From Yuukianura sp. NJ FZ-2021 (Eukaryota): a stretch of 64,000 nucleotides of DNA. The number at the start of each line of letters is the position of its first letter. Within the stretch, counting starts at the first letter, position 1. The DNA lies in contig CM102284.1 of NCBI GenBank assembly GCA_046563655.1, positions 7,192,001 to 7,256,000 of the forward strand, given 5' to 3'. Of this stretch, positions 53,221-64,000 are shown in pieces. The notes beneath the pieces were generated by a model. The model had not been told where the DNA came from. It searched no databases and saw nothing but the letters and a program-made list of their open reading frames with translations. The position numbers were made by a program, and so were the translations under genes.

Positions 53221-55374
53221 ATGGGGAGTCCAGCAGCCCGTTTTTGGGATGTCGCCGGAGTAAGTCGTACTTTTAATCCAAAATTTTGAATTTCATGCTG
53301 CAATTGGTTTGTTTTACATTTTCAGGGAAATGTCAAGGAGAGGATATTTAGACACTTGAATTTCACTGACTTGAAGATCTGTCGCTTCGTTTGCAAATCT
53401 TGGAACGCTGTCGTCGTGTCATCATCCCCCTTCAAATCTTCAGTTCTCTACGTCTCCCTTGGTCCAAACAGTCAAAATATATTGGAAACAACAAAAGTAC
53501 ACTGGAACCACATTCGGTTTGAACTGTTCGATGCCTCCACCTGTCCAGAACTACTTTGGAAACAACTCCAATCAACAGCTAGCGCGTTCTCGTACATTCA
53601 AATCTTAGAATTCAAGCAATGTTTCATCAGTTGGCAACTTTTTAAGAAACTGATCACGCTCACCTCTTCGTCTCTGCGTGACCTGACATTTCAACGATCA
53701 ATTTTCAAAGATGCTGAGCACTTGCCACCACAAGCGTCACAATGTCCCACTCTCAGACTCAATCATCGCGAGCACGAACAATTCTTACGAAGAATTTCAA
53801 ACATCCAAGCACTAAGTGTTTCAGAAGTTGGAGAATTGACTGGAATTGTTGAAATTTTGGAAAAGATGATCCTGTACTCAGCATCTACGCTGATTACACT
53901 CAAGATTGAATACAAAACTTCGCAATGTCTTCGACCTACTGACATTGTACGGTTCCTGCAAGTACTTTCAGAACTAATCGTTGGGAACAAAGTGACACTT
54001 AAGAATTTGATTCTTAATATCTGGAATCATGAAATCCTGGAAGATTTTCTGCCGTTTGTCCTTGCACCGATGGAATCTTGTTCACCGCATTTGAATTTGA
54101 GAGTTTTCAAATTGGCTCAACCAATTCCGGACAATGCTAATGTTACGATCAACGTCAACTCGAGTCGCTTTCTGCTTCATTTGGCCGAATTCCTCCGAAC
54201 GCAACGACAGCTACAGACTCTAGCGTTTCCAAATCTAATTGGTTTTGGAGTTTTTGAAACCAGGAGATGGTCGGTTCTGGACAGCACGACTAAGCATTTG
54301 AAGGAACTGCACGTTCCAGGTACCCACTTTTCAAAAAATGAAAAATTTTCAAAAAATAGAAGTTTTTTGAAAATACTTGACATGTTTTTGTTTTGTTTTT
54401 AGGAGCGATGTACCTCAGGCGAAACACATTCAAGTCCTTCCAGTGCCTGAAAACGCTTTTCATTGGAGAGAAATTTCTTGGAAAAAACTCCGGAACGTTT
54501 CTGCATCCAACGAAATTCAATCTAGATCGCGCTGGAATTGCAAAGAAAAACATGACCAAGATCCACTCACTGTCAGTTTATGCTCCGATTGTCTACGAAA
54601 GTGGAAACATGTTTCACGTTCTAGAAAAACTGCCAAATCTGACCACTTTTGAGTTCAATGGCCTCCGACCTGTGTTCAACGACAAGGATGTCCAAGCTGT
54701 TATCAAGTATCTCCCAAAGTTAAGGCATTTGACCATCGTCCACTGTGACTTGATCACGGACGTCGGAGTTACTGGAATTCCTCTAAAAATTTGTGAGGAT
54801 ATGATTCGATACGGAACGCTTTATCTTGACGATATCAAAGGCAGGAAGAAGCTAGGAAAAGCCGGATCAGCGCCATTATCGGATCTCCGAAGTCTCCTTT
54901 CCCTTGAATTGGTTGGAAATTCTCAAATCACGGATGTTGGCATAAAATTTGGATTGGAATTTCAAGATTTACGCAAAATTCAGTTACCGTTTTGCGAAAA
55001 AGTAAGTAAAAAGATGCTGTTTGAAACAAAACTTTTTCAATTCAGCTGAAAAAATCATACTCTTCCATGTTAATTGACTTTTTTAGGTAACTTCGTGGGG
55101 AATCGAGCAACTTGGACTCCAGAACGTGTGTCTGGAATCGCTGATTCTAACTGGAGCTACTGCGGAAACGGCTATCGGTCTAACAAAAGTTACTGCAGTT
55201 CACAACCGACTTGTGAAAGATCAATGCAAAGTTCAAGTAATTAGAACCAAAGCTCATCATAATTTTTTAAAAACTTTACAAATTGGTGTTCTGTTGCAGA
55301 CGATAAGGAAAACGGAAAGAAATCTGATTCTCCCTACACTTTTACATGCGATTCTGTGGACCAATGGTAATTGA
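53221..55374 (+). CDS. F-box/LRR-repeat protein
   Basis: Exon 53221-53259 splices to 53326, giving F-box VKERIFRHLNFTDLKICRFVCKSWN. C-terminal cysteine-containing LRRs: LRHLTIVHCDLITDVGV, LELVGNSQITDVGI, LPFCEKVTSWGI. The 3' end is uncertain. Confidence 0.85.
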
Positions 55375-55570
55375 TTTCTATAAGTTTCTTTAAAGTTCTT
55401 GGTTTGCTGAAGTAAAGATGAAATTTAAAGCATAAGTAAAGAAAATACTGAAAATGATATGTAACACATTTCCAATTTAATATTTTCAAGTTGATTTTAA
55501 AGAGACTTAAAAAACCAGAGGGAGAAACTAGGATTAAATTATTATAAGTTTGATTTTTTTACGATTGAAT

Positions 55571-57465
<1,895 letters not shown>

Positions 57466-60247
57466 GATTTAATTCCTCCGGTCAATTAATACGGCTTTAA
57501 TCGATTAATAACTAACGTCAAAAATCACAAAGAGTTCAATGAATTTGCTAATTTTTGAGAAAGATTTGATTTTTTTTCGACTTTTCCCAAAAAAAAGTAA
57601 AATTTGAATTTTGTCAACTCATTCCGATTTAGCGCCTTTTCTGAAAATTTGGTGTTCTCAAATTTGCCACACGTAACGACTTGTCACTTGTTATGTTAAA
57701 ACAATAAGAAAATTCAAAATTCAGGAGAAAGTTGTCAAAATATTCACTTCCGGTTTAAACTTTTCCAAATTAATTCTATTGTAAAACCTCATCAGTTAAC
57801 TGGAAACTTATTGTGTAATTAAGTTTAGGAGGTCGGATTTTGATGGCATTATGTGTTATCAGTGCTCTAGTTTTCGTTATTTAGTTCACCGCTTCCTTTT
57901 CACGCTCTTTTAAACAGGAAAATGGTACACCTTTTACCGTGGTTTTCAATTGAACTCGAGTTTTAACACAGAAAACCGTATTTTAAAAAAGTTAACCCGA
58001 ATTTTCTCTTTTATTTTTCAAAAGAGAAAATTTCTTTCACCACCAAGCCAATAAGAACCGTGGCGCCAATTACTTTCTTTCCTAATGAATTATTCACGTC
58101 AATTACTCCTAATTATCCAACTCCGGTACTAACGTCAATCATTTCCTTCTCCTTAAAGCCCGGACCAGGTCACCGGAGAGATTTCAGAGGTCAAGGGCCC
58201 TGTGTGGATCCTTTACGGTACTGTTTGTGTGTGCATTAAGCCTGGTTGAATGGAGGTCATGGCTCATGTGCGAAGGACTTGGAAGGATGAAAGTGCTCTG
58301 GGCGTGGGTTGTGTATAGATGGGCACAGAAGGGAGAAAAGCCTAACTTGTCTCAGTACATCAACCTTACGAGAGGAGCCACCAGCTAAAGTAAAGAGTCC
58401 ATAGTAAGTTCCACTATCTGTTGTGAACTTATAGGAGCCAGGGAGGGCATAGGACACATTACAGTAGTCTCTCATCTCAGAAAGTGGCAGAAAGAGGGAA
58501 GAAAGCTCAGTGAAGAAATAAGAAGATGCAAGTAAGGACGTAATTTACACTTTACTTAATTACTCTCACATCGGTGTCACCATTCATACAGAAGAGAAGA
58601 ACAGTCATTTCGAATCCAAGGGGAAAGGTGGTCCAACTTGGGATTCGAACTGGGGCTGAACTTGAATCAAGACGACGAAAAGACGAAATCTGGTAGTAAT
58701 CTCTGAAATCAAGTGTGTATCTGTTTTGTTACTCGTTTACCGTTCATCAACAGTACATTTGTTTTCATCCGGGGAGTATAACTTCGAGCACCGTGCGTAG
58801 TGCGTAAACGGCGGCTCTACGCTGGTGGCTGGTGCTGGCCGTACTGCAGTCGCAAAAATCGATTTACGAATTACGATTGGAGTGTGCCGTGTATCTGTGT
58901 GGTGAAAACAAACTCCGAGAGCGGAGATTGTATACGAGAAAGGTAAGAAAAAGTGTCTCTGATTACTACTTTTAGTTTAAGTATTCAATTGATTGTTATT
59001 AAGATGTTATAATAGTAAGTAATTAACATGTTTAAGTAAAGGGTTAGCTTATTGGCTGTGACCTTTGCCAACTTTGCGCCTTAGGTTGACTTTCACGAAA
59101 AATTACATGAGCTATATCATATCCGTCAACACAGCATTACGTCTTTCTAGGCTAAACAAACCAAAAACAATAGATTTAAATTGAAACCTGTTATTTTCGT
59201 TGTGCGCGATTGATGGATGAAGTAAGCAATTCATCGACAAGCCGTTAACGTTTTACTCACGTTTTATTTAAAGAAACATTGGATCCCTTTCGATACCGAT
59301 CATAAATTTCTAACCGGACTCAACGTTTAGGAGACAGTGACAGTATTAAGTTAAAGGTCAAATCAAATCAGCCAATCAGTTACAATAGTAATTTATTTGA
59401 GGTAATGCTTGACTACGGTCAAGTATGTTTAGGCTGTTAGCGTAGTAATCCTAATCGTTACGTAAATCGTTACAACGCACTTTTCATGATGTTTCATACG
59501 ATGCGGTAAAAGTGGAGACAAGACAAAGTATTTTCGTTGGAGCAGAATTGTTAACGTTATGATTTAGCAATGAAATTCGGAGAGTTCAGAGTCTGAGAAA
59601 TACCACAATCAGTGTTTCTAGGTTCTAATTTAACTGACTCATTGGTAAATGGTTGATAAGGTTCTGGCACTTGGAGTTTGTTCGTGTTTAAAAAGTGCTG
59701 AGAACGGCGAAGTTCAGTGTTAATGTTTGTTTAGAAGTGGTTTCGGATGACAACTTCGACTGTGTCTCTATCAGTCTCCGTACATTTTCATTTTCCAGGA
59801 CTCAAGTTCTGGTCCTTGGTCTGGATTAAAACCTCCCTTTAGTTTTTAGTTTCTTATTAAACCATCCATGACTCCAAATTCCGCTTAAATCTCTAATTTA
59901 AAATAACTTTTCGTTTTACTCCCGTGACAGATTTGAACCAACGTATCGTCGAATCCTGCCGGGCCTTACACTACACCGACGAAACGAAGCCTCCTCTTCT
60001 TGTCACGCTGACTTTTCCGTAGACCACAAATTGCCTTCTTCTAAAAACGTCAATTTGCGTGTGCAAGGGAAGAAGTTTTTTGAGGGCGATCGATAGCATT
60101 TTGTAAAGTTGAAGCTATCTCATCCACTATTCCTCCCGGGAAATGAAGAAAGTCTTCCTTCGTCTTCATTCGCCAATTCAGATCCTTCCGACAACTGAGG
60201 ACCATTAATCAGTCTCCCTCAATCACTCAGTCACTCCTCGGCAGACA

Positions 60248-61606
60248 ATGGGCAAGGCAAAGGCAACCACTTCCAAAAAGAACTCTCCCCTCAAGATTTC
60301 TGCTTCACTGTTTACAAAGCGGAAGGCTAAACAGTCAAGCAGTGATTCCTCGTCGGCTGAAGACTCTTCTCCAGTGCCCTCTCCGCAAGTGACCAAAAAG
60401 AAGCCACTCAAGGCTCCACCAAAGTCAAAAACCAAAGGAACTCCAACTTCCAAGTCTCCTGCATCGACAAAGTCAAAAGCCGCTGCGTCCCAGAAGGGTG
60501 AAAGCAAAAAGAAAGTCGGGGCCAAGAAAACTCCAGTGAAGAAAAATGAGGCTGACAACAAAGGAACCAAGGGGACACAAGGAACAAAAATGACCAAGAA
60601 TAAAGAGAAAGTCGCTGCTGGAAGCGCCAAGACGAAAAAAGAGAAAGTAACACCAAAAGGCAAACGAAAAACGAACGTTCGGAGTCGGACGAGGAGTCCA
60701 AGCACGAGCAATTCCGACACATCATCGTCTTCTGACGACACTTCATCATCTTCTCCACGGTCACGAAGTCCACCAGTACGACGAGCAGCATCCAGCAGTT
60801 CAAATGCTAAAAAGGGCCCTGTCAAGAAAACTCCCGCCAAAAAAGTACTTCGGAAAGACGATGACAAGAAACAAACCAAAACGTCCGCAAAAGACAAGGG
60901 GAAAGCGGCCAAGAAAATTGCAGCGGCAAAACTCAGTTTGGCCAAGAAAGGCTCTCCGGTCAAATCTAAAGGAAAACAGACCAAACCAAAAGCAAAACTG
61001 AAACGAATGGCTTCACTCAATGCAAAAGCAATGCTAGAAGCAACTTTTAGTTTTGAAAGTGCCGAGAAACGGAAGTCACCCGCTGGAACTCCAATTAAAT
61101 CACCTTCCAAATCTACCGCCACGACATCAACTCAGGACGGCCTGTCGTCGTCTATATCCACAGGAACTGATCTTGAATCGCTGCAGAATCCATCAGCCTT
61201 TAAGCCTTTGACGCTTTTATTTGCCTCAGAAACGGACTTTCCAAAAGAGTCAAAGAGTCCAAAAGCCAGCGGAGAGAGGAAGAGAAAGTCAACTTCAAAG
61301 GGTGGCGAAAGTCCTGGGAGGCGGGAAAGTACAACGAGCAATGGCAGCTTGAATTTGGGAAGTCGGAGCAGTGGAGGTGACGATACTGGCAGTATTGGTG
61401 CTCTTTTAAAAACGGAAAAAGAGAAAAGTAAAAGTCCCGCACCGAGAAAGAAACCAAAAGTAACGTCTTCTTCAGTCTCGACGTCAACTTCGCCATTTGA
61501 CTCTGGAGAAGAAACGAAATGCTTGCAGCATGGAGGCATGGATGACCTTACATACGATCAGCATCTCGGCATGATCAGAGATCTTGGTTTGCAGCAGCAG
61601 CATCAA
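60248..61606 (+). CDS. BAHD1: First coding exon of a Lys/Ser-rich nuclear protein, BAHD1-like (partial; continues beyond window)
   Basis: Low-complexity K/S/T/P-rich ORF containing LKRMASLNAKAML, a motif I associate with BAHD1 family N-termini. Donor CAA|GTGAGT at 61606. The 5'UTR has an exon ending at 58942 (AAG|GTAAGA) and an acceptor at ~59930. The BAH domain itself is not in the window. Confidence 0.55.
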
Positions 61607-64000
61607 GTGAGTTTCAAATTTTTATAAATTCTTTGCTTTCTAGATTAGAAACTCTACTTTTTTAAAGTTGAAGTGTTTTTCAAAATCATGAAAATCAGAC
61701 TTTCGAAGTCGTTTTTGACACGGAACTGAGCTTTTTCTGAGTTTTCTAAGCTTGGGCTGCCTAAAAGTTCGTTTCACTCCATCTTGAAGTTGACACGTAA
61801 TGAGAATTTAATGAAGCCGTGCCAAGGTGGTTACTGGTTTTGTTTGCTTTTGCCTAAAGAAGTGATGGGTCTCAAGGGAAATGAGGTCAGGAGAGAACAG
61901 GAAACTGTTGAAATTTAGACGTTGAGAAGCTTAAGGGCTCCTCCCGGGAACAATTAGGTTTAAAACTTATTTTCCAAGGTGTTAGAGCAGCCATTAGAGC
62001 TAAACCTGCCACTTCGTTCAGTTCAAGTGGATTATTGATTCTTGCGACGCCTTTTTAGACTGAGTCGAAAGTGGAAAGTCGAATGGAAAGTGTTACATGG
62101 AGGAAGAGAAAGTGAGTCAGGGTGAAAGTCTGGGGAGTTTGGAAACTTAAACTGAAAAGTAAATGTATTTTCCCTGGCGTCTTTTTCAATTTTTTCAAGT
62201 GGAGACTGGAAAATTTTGAATTTGTCATCAAAATTTCCCGAAAAGGAAACTTAGAAAGTTGAGCTGCTTTCACTTTTTGTTTAAAAGCTAGATGCCGGAT
62301 GCGTTTTTATTTTTTCGAGTTGTGGGTAGAAAAGTGTGAATTTAGTTGAAAAATTGGCTTGCTGTTTAACGTTTTGTGTTGGAATGAACGAAAATTTTTG
62401 TGACTTTGTATATTTTTCCGGATTTTTTGGTTTTTGTTTCATCCCCAGTGTGTAAAGGGGATGCTGGCAACACGAGTTAATTGGTGTACGGTGAAAGTCT
62501 GTTTTTTGAAACTTTTTTTTGGAAAGTTTTTCATTGCTTTCTCCGCAACGGCGGAGGGGGAAGGTGAGGAATTTGGGAATCCCACGGGCAGTATTTTTTT
62601 CCCGTTGCTTCAGTTTTTCTCGCTGGGAGTGGAGGTGGGTAGTGGGAAAGAGGAGTGTGATTTGTACTGAATAATTTATTCATTTTCTACTCCCTAGCTG
62701 TTCTTCTCCTCCTTGTTTGTATTTCTCTATTTCTGTTTCTTCTCCTGAAATTGTTGTACCCTTAAGGTTTTCTTTTCCTTTCTACAAAGGGACGATTTTC
62801 TTTGAAAATCTTGTTCGAGAGTTTTGGCCCTCCTCCCTGCTACTATTTTTCCCCTGCCCTGTGATGTTTAAGCCGAAGGGAGGAAGGTGGATTTTTTTTA
62901 ACGAAAATTGTACTCGGAAAGGTACGATTTTGAAAATTTCTCTCTCTCCCGCTTACCGTATGGTTCTTCCGAGTTCGGTTTAGGTTTGGGCAGAACTCTT
63001 CTCTTTACTAGCCGAGTGCTACTAAAAGTTATAAAACGGCGGTGGATGAAGGGAAAAACTTGAAAAACGACTCTCACATGTCTTATAATTTCCCTACCTT
63101 ACCTTCTTCCCTTCCTGGGAAATTGAAATGGTAAAGAAAGCGGCGATTATAACAGGAAATGAAAGTTTTTTTTCTGAAAGTTTTGTTCCGTCCGGTTTTT
63201 ATTATTTTTCTGGTGGAGTAATTTTGATTTTTTTGAAGTTTTGAATGAGGAGTGTCTTACAGCAAAATAAAAAAAAAACAACAAAAAAACAAAAAAGAAA
63301 AAACAAAACTGAACGCAGAAGTGAAACTTTGAGACATTGAAACTTTGAAATGGTATTTTTTAGGACTTTCTACCCAAACGAGATTTTATTCAAACTGTTT
63401 CGGAAGATTCTGAATTTTGCAGTTGATGGTCAAAATTTTAGGTGGAGTTCAAGATGTTAAACATCTTTCGTTTTTATTGATATATTTTCCTATGGTTTTA
63501 TGTTGTTTTTTTTTACGTTTTTGTGGCTAAAAGTAATTTGAAGTAATAGTATTACTGCCTTTCCTTTGCAGAGTTAAGGGATTGCGAAGAGGAAGTTTGA
63601 AATTGTGCTGAAGTGGCTGGTTGGCTGGCAACTCTCTCTTTTTTTGAGGAGATTATTGACCTTTTCTCACTCCCATTGTTCTGTAGTAGGGAGAGATAGT
63701 GTTAGGATGTGTTTGGCTCCTTCAACAAGTGGCAATTCCTCTTTCCAAGTCTCTGTTTCACTTCCTTGCTTTACTTATGCTCCCTACAGCTAGTGGCTAA
63801 CTTAGTTAGTCTTACAAACTACTCAATTCTGATGCTTTTCCCTCTGAAATGAAGGCACAGGAGCTCCCTGCCTTTCTAAACCAGTAAAAACCTACTTTAC
63901 TTTGGGATATAACCATTTTAACTTAAGCAAAACCCAGCCAAACGTAACGGTACAATTCTCCTTTTTTCACAACTTTCTAATCCTCTGGTTTCAACTGTTG

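Noticed and set aside
58630-58660. B-box-like GTTCGAATCC on the minus strand
   Set aside because: Flanks do not form a T-stem or cloverleaf, so it is not a tRNA.
60223-61539. Long antisense ORFs (299 aa, 135 aa)
   Set aside because: Stop-poor shadows of the low-complexity Lys/Ser-rich sense exon.

Overview
This is eukaryotic, intron-containing genomic DNA. It is AT-rich with many 55-100 nt GT-AG introns, and the gene content suggests an arthropod, possibly a springtail (inference only). No prokaryotic features, rRNA, tRNA or CRISPR were found. Bases 1 to ~25.5 kb look like one very large intron of a minus-strand gene whose 5' exons lie at ~25.5-27.75 kb. Nested in that intron is a complete two-exon gene, missed by the ORF track, for a secreted 6-cysteine diapausin-like antifungal peptide with its own TATA, Inr and kB-like promoter. 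The stretch 29-62 kb is gene-dense, in this order: unknown helical protein (-), TMEM115 (+), a 96-aa orphan small protein (+, missed by the ORF track), a membrane-anchored heme peroxidase lacking catalytic residues (+), a Cys-loop chloride channel carrying a 7-nt frameshifting duplication (+), an LRR+TM protein with an X-box (-), two convergent small zinc-finger genes, an ALMS-motif protein (+), an F-box/LRR protein (+), proteasome ATPase Rpt4/PSMC6 (-) with an intronic MITE, and the 5' part of a BAHD1-like gene (+). All exon structures were assembled by eye from splice signals and reading-frame continuity. Family names come from motif recall, not database searches.
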